The notes beneath the pieces were generated by a model that was given only the letters and a program-made list of their open reading frames with translations, made no database searches and was not told the DNA's origin. This document shows positions 42,635 to 57,177 of a stretch of 64,000 nt of DNA, piece after piece. Position 1 is the stretch's first letter. The number at the start of each line of letters is the position of its first letter. Source of the DNA: Eledone cirrhosa (Eukaryota); NCBI GenBank assembly GCA_964016885.1, contig OZ024763.1:21886001-21950000 (forward strand). The letters are read 5' to 3'. A program made the translations under genes and the position numbers.

Positions 42635-43712
42635 ATATATATATATATATATATATGTCTATACACCTCTCATCTCTCTCCCTCTCTTTTTAAAGTTAAA
42701 GAGAGCCCAAACAAATTCCTTACCAGAAGCCAACACAGTCAATGGCCAATAATTTCAGAATCTCTTCAATAACTGGTCAGCACTGATCATAGAACTGTTC
42801 AAAGTAAATAATTTCAAAGACAGATTCAATAAAAATAAGTTGATAAAGTTAACCACTGTACTCAGAATTCCAATTTTATATTATTTAAAAATTATCTTTA
42901 TCTTCAATAAAAGATTAACTTTTGGTATTGATGGCTTGAAAGATGTGCACTGAATTGTGATAGGAGTATTAGTGGTGGTATGTACTGTGTTTAAATAGTC
43001 ATAAAGGTGAAAGAGGAGAAGAGAGAAGGATGAGGAGAGCAGGTGAAGGAAGGAAGGGATGGATAGACAGTAGCCTGGGACAGGAATACATTAAAGATGA
43101 CTTGAAACGAAAGTTATAAGGTTAGATCTTTAATAGTCGAGCTTCACATATGAAATGACAAAAGGCAGCAGCAAATAAAAAGAAACTATTAAGTTAACCT
43201 GTTTTACATAATATGCCTGGGAAAGCATATGTTAGAGTGATAATGAATGGAATGATGTTAGATGGCTCAAAGACAACCTCATGTGGAATTCCAAATACCA
43301 ACTAGCTTTTACTAAATCAATCAACTGAACATCTCTATTCAAAAGTCTGGTGTTGAACAAAAATCTATTGATATGTTGGTACAACCCATGAAAAAAAGAG
43401 AAAAAAGAAATGTTAGCAGGTATGTATTGAAATCAAAGATGGAGGGGTTTAAATGGCATTGAATAGGTGTTTGTTGGCAACAAGGTGAGCTGTGATATTA
43501 TTTCTCGACTTCTTTCACTTCTCATCTTTACTTTTATATGTGAAATAATATAAATATAAAATCTATTGAACGTCGCGGTGGAAAGGAAGAAAACGGTGTG
43601 GCTTTTTATTTGTTTGGTTTCTCCTTCCTCCACCCTTCCTCTGTGCCCCCCCCCCCCCCCCCCGGCCTTGTGACAGTTTCAGGAGATTCCTAAAGAACTT
43701 CCGCACACACAT

Positions 43713-43753
<41 letters not shown>

Positions 43754-43871
43754 GTTCATAAACACATAAACACACACATGCACAGACACATACACATGCA
43801 TGAACAGTTGATTTTACACATATCCATAAGTACATGTCTGTTTATAAACATATATGCATATATATATAAAC

Positions 43872-43906
<35 letters not shown>

Positions 43907-44765
43907 CACTGACATAAAACATGTATGATTTGTGTACATACATGTTTTATGTCTGTGTTTATATATATATATATGTGTGTGTGTATATATATACACACTT
44001 AACACAATAAAAATCTAAATACATATAAACGAAACTTCATTGTTCTTATTAACATATATATGTGTGTATATATATATATAATTAATATATATATAAACAT
44101 ACACATCAAGACACATATATATATATATATATATGTTATATATATATATAAATATATACATCAAGACATAGATATATATATATATGGAGGCACATGGCTT
44201 AGTGGTTAGAGCATTGGTCTTGCAATCGAAAGGTTGTGAGTTCAATTCTCAGACCGGGTGTTGTTTCCTTGAGCAAGACACTTTATTTCACATTGCTCCA
44301 GTTTACTCAGCTGTAGAAATGAGATGATAGGACTGGGTTCCCTATCATTCCACTGAAAAGTGGTCGTGGAGGTGCCACTGCAAAAAAGCACCCAGCCCTC
44401 ACTATAAATGAGGTTGGTGTTAGGAAGGGCATCCTGCTGTAGAAATCAAGCCAGAATAAGTTCCCATCCCACCCTTGCAAGCAGGGAAAAGCAGACGTAA
44501 AATGATGATGATGATGATATACACATATCTATACATATATGTCTGTGTGTGAAGTCATTGTGAATGTATAAACAATTCTTCTTATCTATATAACAGTGAA
44601 AACTCCTGGTGAAGTCCAATCCCGATTCTCTTCTGTTGCCTTACATGGGTTGATTGTCTTCTTATTGGATTCTGTCACATTTCCTCAACACTAGAGAAAT
44701 ACACTAGATAACTAATGTCATACTTTGTTGGTAGAATTATATACTCTCTCTCTCTGCATCATCAT

Positions 44766-45253
44766 TTAACCCTTTATCATTTACATTACTCTATATATAC
44801 TAGTGAAGGCGCATGGCTTAGTGGTTAGAGCATTGCGCTTGCAATTGAAAGGTTGTGAGTTCAATTCTCGGACCGAGTGATGTGTTGTTTCCTTGAGCAA
44901 GACACTTTATTTCACACTGCTCCAGTTTACACAGCTGTAGAAATGAGATGATAGGGACTGGGGTCCCTATCATTAAAACACCCAAGAAACCTCCAATGAG
45001 ATATACCTTGGAGGAGGCCGGCTAAACCTGCACAGGTGTGAGCTGTCACAACAACATATATACTATTGTAGTTTCATGGTAAAGGCTTTACCTCACATAA
45101 TATCTCACATATCAAATCTATGAGATGTTGATATTATTTATTTTGAGAACAATACCTTAACATCAGTATGAGTGACTAGTTACAGCCAGTTTGAACAGAA
45201 AGAGGTGAGAGAATTCTGGCTGGATATGGCCGGTTTAAATGCTAAAGGATTAA
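44766..45253 (-). mobile_element. piggyBac-like MITE (single unit) interrupted by a SINE
   Basis: Reverse-orientation body with TTAA ends. SINE head inserted near 44804. Confidence 0.72.
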
Positions 45254-45280
45254 CATCCATTTTTCATGCTAGCATGGGTA

Positions 45281-45341
<61 letters not shown>

Positions 45342-45945
45342 ATATATATATATACCATTTTCATCATCATCTTTTTACATCCATTCTTCCACGATAGCAT
45401 GGGTTAGACGGGTTGTCCTGTTGTGGGCAATGCAAGGTCAGGTGACCATGTCTTGCTCATACAGAACTGATCTGGCCTGATTTCTACAGCTGGATGCCCT
45501 ACCTAACACCAACCTCATTTACAGTGAGTACCGGGTGCTTGCTTTTTACCATGGCACCTACCTGACCACTTTACAGTGGGAGGGGCATTCGGGGGTGGAG
45601 GAGGGAGGGCATACTGTCTATATATATATATAGTTCAAGGAGACAACAAACAGAGGTACAAAAGGTCTTATTAGTTTCATGCTTTATATTGGAAAGAGGA
45701 AAGAAATGTTGATGTGTCGGGCTTCTTCTTCAGGAGTACAAAATAGAGACAGGATCATAAAGGATAGATACAGAAAAAAGGTCTAATAAAGACACAAAAA
45801 AAAACGATAATGTAGAGGGAAAACAAGAAAAGCGTTAGGTAGTCTTAGTGTGTATATATAAATAAATATATACACACACACACAGAAACAAGATGGCGTA
45901 GGACAGAACAAAGGAGAGGCACAAAAACAAAGAAAAGAATCCCCA

Positions 45946-45988
45946 GTCACTGAAGAGGTCACAGAATGTGTGACGAAAGAACTTTGAC
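45946..45988 (+). ncRNA. Minimal hammerhead ribozyme motif
   Basis: GTCA CTGAAGA g GTCACA gaatg TGTGAC GAAA GaaC TT TGAC. Confidence 0.65.
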
Positions 45989-46372
45989 AATATATAAACA
46001 ACCATCTGGTTGTGGAACCAACCAACCAACCGGAAATTTATAAATTCCTAAATTTATAAATTGATTATAATAAATTGAAGTGAAAGCAACTGGTGCGTGT
46101 GTTTCTTATTGGCAACATGACCCTCCCAAAGTATAACAATATCGGTTTCAACACACGTTTTCAGATAAAGAATCTTGCTAAACAAATTCAGAAACGAAAT
46201 ATATATATATATATATTTATTTTGAGTATATGTTGATTGTTTACCGACACCTTAGTATGCAGATTGGAGCACTCGACGAAGTACGCAGGTTGGTTTGGTT
46301 ACTCCGGAGTAATGTAAAATAATTAAGTCAAATATGTAAAATTTGGCTTCGTTTATTATAAATTATAGATAT

Positions 46373-46427
46373 ACTGCTATATATATTTCGGTGACAGCCA
46401 TCACTGGCTGTGACTTCTTTAGGCAGT
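46373..46427 (-). ncRNA. Degenerate minimal hammerhead motif (core mutation)
   Basis: Minus strand reads ACTGC CTAAAGA AGTCACAGCCA gtga TGGCTGTCACC GAAA TATATA TA GCAGT. The core has CTAAAGA instead of CTGAAGA. Confidence 0.6.
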
Positions 46428-46637
46428 CCGAATTGGTGTGGGAGAGACAGGTACACATGTTGTTGAAGTGTATTTTACTCCATCAATACATCGATATGTC
46501 CAGCTCCTGGTTGTGTCGTTATTTTTTCTGAGGAACTGGAATCATATGATTTGACTTAATTATTTTCTATATATATATCATCATCATCATCATCTTCGTT
46601 TAACATCCATTTTCCACGCTACCATGGGTTAGACGGG

Positions 46638-46671
<34 letters not shown>

Positions 46672-46984
46672 CATGTAAACAGTTTACATGCCAACATAAG
46701 AGCAAGAATGAGGGGCTCATTCTACTGACATGGCTTTAAAAATGGGGCTTGTTTGCATCATTGCAAACAAATGGCCCTTGCTATTCTGAGTTCAAATCCC
46801 GCCGAGGTTAACTTTGCCTTTCATCCTTACGGGGTTGATAAAATAAAGTACCAGTAATGTACTGGGTAATTGCTGGCCTTGTGCCAAAAGTAGAAACAAT
46901 TATTAATATTAAAAAACTCAGATTACATTTATTGTTTTCAGCCATGTAGAGTGAAAATTATATAAATATATATATATATATACT

Positions 46985-47165
46985 CACACACACGTACTAA
47001 TGATATATATATACACATGTATTAATGATATATATATATACACACATGTATTAATGATATATATATATATATACACACACACATGTATTAATGATATATA
47101 TATATATATATATATATACACGTGTTAATGATATATATATATATATATACACACACATGTATTAA

Positions 47166-47208
<43 letters not shown>

Positions 47209-47218
47209 TGTGTTAATG

Positions 47219-47250
<32 letters not shown>

Positions 47251-47259
47251 GTGTTAATG

Positions 47260-47290
<31 letters not shown>

Positions 47291-47298
47291 TGTGTTAA

Positions 47299-47334
<36 letters not shown>

Positions 47335-47382
47335 GTGTTAATGATATATATATATATATATACACACACACATGTGTTAATG

Positions 47383-47417
<35 letters not shown>

Positions 47418-47583
47418 TGTGTTAATGATATATATATATATACACACACACACACATGTGTTAATGATATATATATATATACACATACACATACACACAT
47501 GTATTAATGATATATATATATATATATATACACATGTATTAATGATATATATATATATATATACATACACACATGTATTAATG

Positions 47584-47614
<31 letters not shown>

Positions 47615-47624
47615 TGTATTAATG

Positions 47625-47659
<35 letters not shown>

Positions 47660-48235
47660 TGTTAATGATATATATATACACACACACACATGTGTTAATG
47701 ATATATATATATATACACACACACACATGTGTTAATGATATATATATATATATACACACACACGTGTTAATGATATATATATATATACACATACACACAT
47801 GTGTTAATGATATATATATATATATACACATACACACATGTGTTAATGATATATATATATACACACACACACATGTGTTAATGATATATATATATATATA
47901 CACATACACATGTGTTAATGATATATATATATATATATACACATACACACGTGTTAATGATATATATATATATATACACATACACACATGTGTTAATGAT
48001 ATATATATATATACACACACACACATGTGTTAATGATATATATATACACACACATGTGTTAATGATAGATATATATATACACACACACACACGTGTTAAT
48101 GATATATATATATATACACACACACACGTGTTAATGATATATATATATATACACATACACACATGTGTTAATGATATATATATATATACACGTGTTAATG
48201 ATATATATATATATATACACACACATGTATTAATG

Positions 48236-48267
<32 letters not shown>

Positions 48268-49090
48268 GTGTTAATGATATATATATATATATACACACAC
48301 ACACACGTGTTAATGATATATATATATATACACACACACACATGTGTTAATGATATATATATATATACACATACACACATGTGTTAATGATATATATATA
48401 TATACACACACACACATGTGTGTGTGTATATATATATACACATACACACATGTGTTAATGATATATATATATATACACATACACACATGTGTTAATGATA
48501 TATATATATATATATATATATACACTTACACACATGTGTTAATGATATATATATATATACACACACACACATGTGTTAATGATATATATATATATACACA
48601 TACACACATGTGTTAATGATATATATATATATACACATACACACATGTATTAATGATATATATATATACACACACACATGTGTTAATGATATATATATAT
48701 ATACACACACACACGTGTTAATGATATATATATATACACATACACACATGTGTTAATGATATATATATATATATACACATACACACATGTATTAATGATA
48801 TATATATATATACACACATGTGTTAATGACATATATATATATATACACACACACACGATATATATATACACACACACACGTGTTAATGATATATATATAT
48901 ACACACACACGTGTTAATGATATATATATATATACACACACACATGTATTAATGATATATATATATATATACACACACGTGTTAATGATATATATATATA
49001 TACACACACACATGTATTAATGATATATATATATATATACACACACGTGTTAATGATATATATATATATACACATACACACATGTGTTAA

Positions 49091-49145
<55 letters not shown>

Positions 49146-49205
49146 TACACATGTGTTACTGATATATATATATATATATACACACACACACGTGTTAATG
49201 ATATA

Positions 49206-49237
<32 letters not shown>

Positions 49238-49373
49238 CACATGTGTTAATGATATATATATATATACACATACACACATGTGTTAATGATATATATATAT
49301 ATACACATACACATACACACGTGTTAATGATATATATATATATACACACACACACATGTGTTAATGATATATA

Positions 49374-49405
<32 letters not shown>

Positions 49406-49550
49406 CACACGTGTTAATGATATATATATATATATACACATACACACATGTGTTAATGATATATATATATATACACATACACATATACACACACACACAC
49501 ATGTGTTAATGATATATATATATACACACATACACACATGTATTAATGAT
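46985..49550. repeat. Compound array CAYGTRTTAATGA-(TA)n-(CA)n
   Basis: Constant core separated by variable-length dinucleotide runs over 2.5 kb. Confidence 0.95.
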
Positions 49551-49991
49551 TCCTCCAGTCTTCGCCCCCAGCTGTGTTCACCATTGTCAATTTATTCTTG
49601 AAATCTAATCGGTGTATACTTAGATACTCATCTTAGTTCATTGTTCTTAAAACATCCAAGATCTAAACCTGCTTGAACGAACCAGCTGCTGCCTTTGCTG
49701 CTGACGTTGTTGATGATACTGCTGCTGCAGCTGCTATTTCATGGGTTGCTACTAGAAACAAGTGTTGCGTTCACTTCTTTGAAATACAAAGGGAATGATG
49801 GGAGCTGTATCCCTCTTGTTGTCATTGCTACTCTTCTTCCATCTCCCATCTTCAAAAAGCATGGAGAATGTATTCATCATCGGGTGGGCGGGATTTCTTC
49901 CACTTAAATGTCTTCCACTCGAGAGACAAGAGACAGCTAAGGTGGTGTGCGTAGGTTGGTGTATTGGTATAGTTGTTGTTGTTGCAGCGGT

Positions 49992-51527
49992 GAAGGTGCA
50001 TAGCTTTGTGGTTAAGGTGTTTGGCTCACGGTTGTAAGGTCTTCAGTTCGGTTCCCCGTGGTTCCTTGTGTCCTTGAACAAGACACTTTATTTCACATTG
50101 CTCCAGTCCACTGTGTCCTTGAACAAGACACTTTATTTCACATTGCTCCAGTCCACTGTGTCCTTGAGCAAGACACTTTATTTCACATTGCTCCAGTCCA
50201 CTGTGTCCTTGAGCAAGACACTTTATTTCACATTGCTCCAGTCCACTGTGTCCTTGAGCAAGACACTTTATTTCACATTGCTCCAGTCCACTGTGTCCTT
50301 GAACAAGACACTTTATTTCACATTGCTCCAGTCCACTGTGTCCTTGAACAAGACACTTTATTTCACGTTACTCCAGTCCACTGTGTCCTTGAACAAGACA
50401 CTTTATTTCACGTTGCTCCAGTCCACTGTGTCCTTGAGCAAGACACTTTATTTCACGTTGCTCCAATCCACTGAGTCCTTGAACAAGACACTTTATTTCA
50501 CGTTGCTCCAGTCCACTGAGTCCTTGAGCAAGACACTTTATTTCACGTTGCTCCAGTCCACTGTCCTTGAACAAGACACTTTATTTCATGTTGCTCCAGT
50601 CCACTGTGTCCTTGAGCAAGACACTTTATTTCACATTGCTCCAGTCCACTGTGTCCTTGAGCAAGACACTTTATTTCACGTTGCTCCAGTCCACTGTGTC
50701 CTTGAGCAAGACACTTTATTTCACGTTGCTCCAGTCCACTGTGTCCTTGAGCAAGACACTTTATTTCACGTTGCTTCAGTCCACTGTGTCCTTGAGCAAG
50801 ACACTTTATTTCACATTGCTCCAGTCCACTGTGTCCTTGAGCAAGACACTTTATTTCACCTTGCTCCAGTTCACTGTGTCCTTGAGCAAGACACTTTATT
50901 TCACATTGCTCCAGTCCACTGTGTCCTTGAGCAAGACACTTTATTTCACCTTGCTCCAGTCCACTGTGTCCTTGAGCAAGACACTTTATTTCACATTGCT
51001 CCAGTCCACTGTGTCCTTGAGCAAGACACTTTATTTCACGTTGTTCCAGTCCACTGTGTCCTTGAACAAGACACTTTATTTCACATTGCTCCAGTCCACT
51101 GTGTCCTTGAGCAAGACACTTTATTTCACCTTGCTCCAGTTCACTGTGTCCTTGAGCAAGACACTTTATTTCACATTGCTCCAGTCCACTGTGTCCTTGA
51201 GCAAGACACTTTATTCCACGTTGCTCCAGTCCACTGTGTCCTTGAGCAAGACACTTTATTTCACGTTGTTCCAGTCCACTGTGTCCTTGAGCAAGACACT
51301 TTATTTCACGTTGTTCCAGTCCACTCTGTTGGTAAAAGTGAGTTGTACCTGTAATTAAAAGGGCCAGCTTTGTCATGTTCAGTGTCATGCTGAATCTCCC
51401 TGAGATTATGTTAAGGGTAAGCGTGTCTGTGAAATGCTCAGCCACTTGCATGTTAATTTTATAAGCAGGCTGTTCCGTTGATCGGATCAATTGGAACACT
51501 CGTTGTCGTAACTGGCAGAGTGCCAAT
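49992..51527 (+). mobile_element. CORE-like SINE with its core amplified into ~28 x 45-bp units
   Basis: tRNA-like head at 49992-50060, array at 50066-51325, unique tail to 51527. Confidence 0.8.
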
Positions 51528-52584
51528 TTATTTTGTTATTGCAACAGGGAAGGGACATCGTGGATTAGTGGTGCCAGTTAGAATGTCGGATTCACAATGG
51601 TGAGGTTGTGAGTTCAATTCCTGGACTGACTGATGCGTTGTGTTCTTGAGCAAGACACTATATTTCATGTTGCTCCAGTTCACTCATATGTAGAAATGAG
51701 TTGCGATGTCACTGGTGCCAAGTTGTGTCTGCCTTTGCCTTTCCCTTGGATAACATCATATATAGTGTATATATGGTGTATATATGGTGTATATATCTGT
51801 TGTGACGTCACTATCTTGGAGTACATTATCTAGAGTACTGTATAGTAGTTAGTGTTACTGGCCATCAGACATAGTGTTCCTAGGAGCAACATGAAATGAA
51901 GTGTCTTGCTCAAGAACACAACACACAACCCAGTCCAGGAATCAAACCCACAATATTATGATTGTAAGTCCAACACCCTTACCACTAGGTCACACACCTC
52001 CACTATCTAGGATTACATTATCTAATGTACAGTATAGTACTTAGTGTTACTGGGAGCAACATGAAATGAAGTGTCTTGCTCAAGAACACAACACACAGCC
52101 CAGTCCAGGAATCAAACACAGCATTGTGATAATAAGTCCAACACCGTTACCACTAGGCCACACACCGCCCCATGTTAGGATATGTGATGGCAATGTACTA
52201 TGTAATGGACAAGGAATTGTTATTCATTCAGTTTGGTATCTGTGTGTAAGGACATGGCTGGAGATAATAGCCATTGTTGAGCCATTGTTGAACTGGGTGG
52301 GTGGAAGAAGCCGTAGATGTTGTAAGGTCGCTGTTGGAGGGGTTGTTGGTTTGGAGCTCACTGATGAAATGACACTGGGTCAGATTATATTAAGATATAT
52401 TGTATTGCTGAGAGTTATCTGAACGGTCAGCTGAGAAAATGGACAGAGGAGTGACGTGGTGGTGGTGGAGGTGGTGGTGGTGGATGTGGTTGTGGTGGTT
52501 GTGGTGGTGGTGGTTGTGGTTGTGGTTGGGGTGGTGGTGGTGATGATAATAATAATAATGATAATAATACTGATTTCTTTATTA

Positions 52585-55583
52585 ATAATGCTTTCTTTAT
52601 TAACCACAAGGGTCTACATAAAGTAGACATTAAGGACAGTACAGGACGATACAGGGCGGTACAAATGGGCATTTCTGCATGTAAAAAACAAGAAACAGAG
52701 GATGTAATAATAGAACAATGAAAAAATTCCCCAATAGGGGGGAGACTTCCGAGGGACATTCGTGGAGAAAGCCCATTAAAAAGCCACAGTGACCCTGACC
52801 ACCGGGGCAAGTGCCCTCTCCCAGTTTTCCACCTTTAATTTACAGACACATACTCAGAGTAGGCCCATTCACTCAGGCCATACTTGCTTCTCTCACCCAT
52901 CTTTCAACAAAATGCTGGGAAGAGAGCACTTCCCTCTTTACCCTGATTTTCCTTTTCAAATGAAATTTGAAAAAGTTAATCAGGGCATCACCGAAGAGGT
53001 AAGTGCCCGTCTTCAGCCCTTTCAAACGTGTCCACCATACTATCTCTTTCGCCATGGCCACCAGGCAGATAAAAACTGCCTGCCCTTCCCGGCTAATGGA
53101 AGAGGGCGGGGCAATCCTCACGATGGACTCAGCTGATAGCTGGATCCGTCCTACACGCGACAGCAGGTGTTCGACATAAACCCACAAGTCAGCAATGCTC
53201 GGACACTGGACGAGTGTGTGCAGGACGGTTTCGTCGCCCTGCGCACATCTCGGACATGCCCGGCTGACGGCACCTCCATGCCTGTAGAGTTTATCCCGAA
53301 CTGGCAAAGCTCCTCGGTAGCACTGCCAGGCCAGGGGTTTCTGGAAGTTGTCCATAGGCCCCGGCCCGAAAGTTCTTCCGAAGAGATTGGCTAGTTGATT
53401 TTCGTCGACGCCTAGAGTTTCCCCAAGTACGTCGTCGTTCTTCCCCTCCACTAATCCTCTATAGAACGCCAAGGTGGAGTTTCCACCGATCACATTGCCC
53501 GATTGGTCGAGGGCTGTGAGCGCCTCGAGACATTCCAGTTTCCAAGTGCTATCCCTCGGTCTTTTTCTGGAAGCACCAGAGATGTCGCAGCCTCAGCGCA
53601 TGTTTGCGCATCATCAGCCATGACATGCCCAGTCCTCCACGCAACAGGTGTTGACAGCAGATGGATTGTCTGACCATGGGAGAGCGTCCCTTCCACAAAA
53701 AGCGGAAGAGGAGGCGCTCCATTTTGGTGAGAGTTTGCCTGGAGCAAGGGACGACGGTGAGGCGATAGCAGATGACGGATGCGATGTACGCATTCACCAC
53801 CTCCGCCCGGCCTTTCAGGGACAGCTTCCTCTCAGCCCATTTCTGGGTGAGGGAGGCTACCCTGCTCGTCACCTCGTTCCAGTTTTTCTCCATCTGGAGG
53901 ACCGGTCCGAACCAGACCCCTAGTAATTTAACCCGTCCGTCCGTCCAACGCCCCACGACGCTGTCGGACGGCATGGACTTGCCTCTCCTGGTGCCGAGCT
54001 GCAAGCCCACTGATTTTTCCTAGTTTATCCTTGCTCCTGTCACCGCTTCGTATTCCTTGAGAGCGGTGCCGAGCATCTGGACGTGTCTGGTGCTCGACAC
54101 CACCACGGTGACGTCGTCAGCGTAAACCGACTCGGATTTCCCGCATCCTAGTTCGCGTGGGACGCCCCTCATTGCCCCCAGTACGAGAGCCAATATGTAC
54201 AAGAGGGACGAGAGGGGACAACCCTGGCGGACTGAGCGCATGATGCTGAACGGCTGCGACAGGTGACCGTTCACCCTCACAACTGAGCAGATGTAGCTGT
54301 AAATTGCTGCGATCCAACCCCTGAAAATGGGCCCGAGGACCGCTGCCAGGTACCGATGGTTGACCCTATCGAATGCTTTGGATTGATCCAAGTTGATCAG
54401 GGCCCCACCCTTGCCAGGTTCCTTAACCACCCTCTCTATGATGTATTGCATGAGGTGGAGATTGTCGTGTATGGATCTGTCCGGAATGGCGCATGTCTGC
54501 GCCTCTCCCACCAGACCCTTGACGACAAGCGCCAACCTCGTTGCTAACACCTTGGCCAAAATCTTGAACTCTGCGTTTAGCAGGGTTATGGGCCTGAAAT
54601 TATCGATAACATCCCCCTTGTTCGGGTCTTTTCTCAGCAGCGCCACTGCTCCCCGACTCACAAAACTGGGAATGCTCCCATTCTGCTGCCAGTTGCAGTA
54701 GACGTCTGCCAAGAGGTCACCGAACAAGTCTGGCATAAATGCATAAAGCTCGTAGAGCAGACCATCTAAACCTTGCGATTTACCCCTTGTGCAGTTAGCC
54801 ATCGCTTCCCGTATTTCACCGGCTGTTATTGGCTTTTCGCAACACTGTGCTGCAGTCGTCGAGAGCCGAGGCAGTCCGTCGAGGTATGCACTGAAGTCCA
54901 TGCCCCGATCCGGGCCACCGCCGCTCCCGAACAGTTCAGCAAAGTGCTGCTGAAAAGCTTCACACATCCGCTCAGGTTCGAGCATCACGCACCCGTTTTG
55001 GTCAGACAAAGACCGAATTGTGGCTTTGTTGCCCCGTCGCGCCTCTGCCACCCAGGCCCATTGGACGGCTTTTGTCCCCTCTAGCTCTGACAACGCAGCC
55101 TTCGTGTTTTGCGTTGAAGAATTGGTCGAGTGCAAATCTCGCCGCAAGCACATCGGTTGCGATGCCTGTCCTAAACGCCTCTTCTAGCTTTCTGACTAGC
55201 TCTCCCTCTACTCTATTTTCCTCTATCACTACTCCTTTGCTAAACCTAATCGACTCTACTTTAATTGCCCTTTTCAGGGCGAACCACCACCTGTTGTTGA
55301 CGACCACTCCCGTCAACGCCCGCTTAACTAATACGCTAATCCGGTCTCTGTAGGCTTTGCGCGCCGGGAAAGACGCGTTCAGCTTCCAGTAACCAGGCCC
55401 TTGTCTATGAAGTCTGTCTATGTCGATCTCACAGATCACAAATTTGTGGTCTGTGTAGTCGACTATTTTAAATTGTGGACAACTTATACTAGCCTTATCT
55501 AGTTCTCTGCAGAATACCCTATCGAGATACGATCTGGATGACCCGATGCAGTTTGTCCATGTCCACATTGGCACTGATGATGT
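52585..55583 (-). mobile_element. 5'-truncated L1/Tx1-like LINE (APE C-terminus, RT, zf-RVT), frameshifted
   Basis: SYLDRV/TDHK/GPGYWKLN; FRPITLLN, DQSKAFDRV, QGCPLS, YADD; CPRC..ETVLH..C. 3' UTR ends AATAAAGAAA. 26-bp TSD at 52559-52584 and 55584-55609. Confidence 0.93.
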
Positions 55584-55595
55584 TGATAATAATAC

Positions 55596-55955
55596 TGATT
55601 TCTTTATTAGCCACATAGGGCTCACATTAAGGAAACATTAAAGACAGTACAGGTTGATACAGTGAGGGTTTTTTTCATGTAAAAATATAATTTATAAAAG
55701 TGACCAAGAAAATAAACATTTAAAACAAACATAACTTCCCCAAAGGTGAGGAGACTCTAAGGGTCACTTGTGTAGAAATCCTACAAAAGTCACTGTCACC
55801 CTGTCCACTAGGGTAAAGTGCCCTCTCCCAGTCTTTCTACTCCAGTCTACAGGTGTATACTCAAGGCAGGCCCTTCACATGGACCATGCTCACCCCTCTC
55901 ACCCACCTTTCAACAAACTGGTTGGGAGGCAGCACTTCCCTCTCCACCCTGTTTT
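55596..55955 (-). mobile_element. Older Tx1-like LINE 3' end fragment
   Basis: Diverged homolog of 52590-52950 (tttctttattagccac...gtgccctctcccag...cagcacttccctct). Confidence 0.8.
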
Positions 55956-57177
55956 TCTTTGGTTTCTACTATAGGCACAAGGCCAACAATTTTAGGGGAG
56001 TGGAAAGTCAATTAAATCGACCCCAGTGTATTACTGGTACTTTATTTTATCGACTCCGTAAGAATGAAAAGCAAAATTGATCTCGGTGGGATTTGAACTC
56101 AGAACGTAAAGGGCCATCACTTTATGCCGCTAAGCATACTGTCTAGGCACAAGGCCAGCAATTTGAAGGGGAGGGGATAGTCGATTAAATCGACTCCAGT
56201 GCATTACTGGTACTTTATTTTATTAACCCTGTAAGGATGAAGGGCAAGGCTAACCTCGGTGGGATTTGAACTCAGGGCATAAAGAGCTGCAACTCTTTGT
56301 TGCAAAGTGTAATGTCCGACGCTCTACCGATTCTGCCAAATAATAACAATGCTGATGATTTCTAAGCTAGGCCTGTCTGATGATCCTGTGACTCGACTGG
56401 TGAAATGAAAGGGGACTGCTTATCTTTCCATTATTTTGTCCATTGTCTTTGTACTGTGTGCTCCCTATTTTGAATTTATATTCTAAAGACTTAGTCATGC
56501 AGACTTCATCATCATTTCATCATTTCATTTTACGTCCGCCTTTTCCCTGCTTGCAAGGGTGGGACGGGAACTGATGCTGGCTTGATTTCTACAGCTGGAT
56601 GCCCTTCCTAACACCAACCTCATTTACAGTGAGTGCTGGGTCCTTTTTTGCCGTGGCACCTCCACAACCACTTTGCAGTGGAATGATAGGGACCCCGGTC
56701 CCTATCATCTCATTTCTACAGCTGAGTAAACTGGAGCAATGTGAAATAAAGTGTCTTGCTCAAGGAAACAACACATCACCCGGTCTGAGAATTGAACTCA
56801 CAACCTTTCGATTGCAAGGCCAATGCTCTAACCACTAAGCCATGTGCCTCCACTTATATATATATGTATATATCATCATCATCGTTTACCATCCATCTTC
56901 CACGCTAGGATAGGTTTAGATGGTTTTGTCCCATTTGATGTGGGATCGGTTGGGTGATCGTGTCTCGCTTGTACGGAATTGTCTCTGGCAGGTTTTCTAT
57001 GGCTGGATGCCCTTGCTAACACCAACCACATTTACAGTGTGGACTGGGAGCCTTTTTTACCGTGTCTCCTACACAAACATCCTACAGTGTGGGCTGGGTG
57101 CTTTTTGTTGTGTCACCTACACAGTGGATGGGAATGGAAGGATGGGGTAGGGTGTGTGGGGTGGGGTGTATATTGGG

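Noticed and set aside
45665-45740. Possible minus-strand hammerhead (CTGAAGA...GAAAC)
   Set aside because: No convincing stem I or stem II.
46985-49550. Repeat-spacer array resembling CRISPR
   Set aside because: The spacers are only (TA)n(CA)n length variants.
50066-51325. CRISPR-like array and 260-430 aa ORFs
   Set aside because: Units are contiguous with no unique spacers and no cas genes; the unit is the SINE core in a eukaryotic context.
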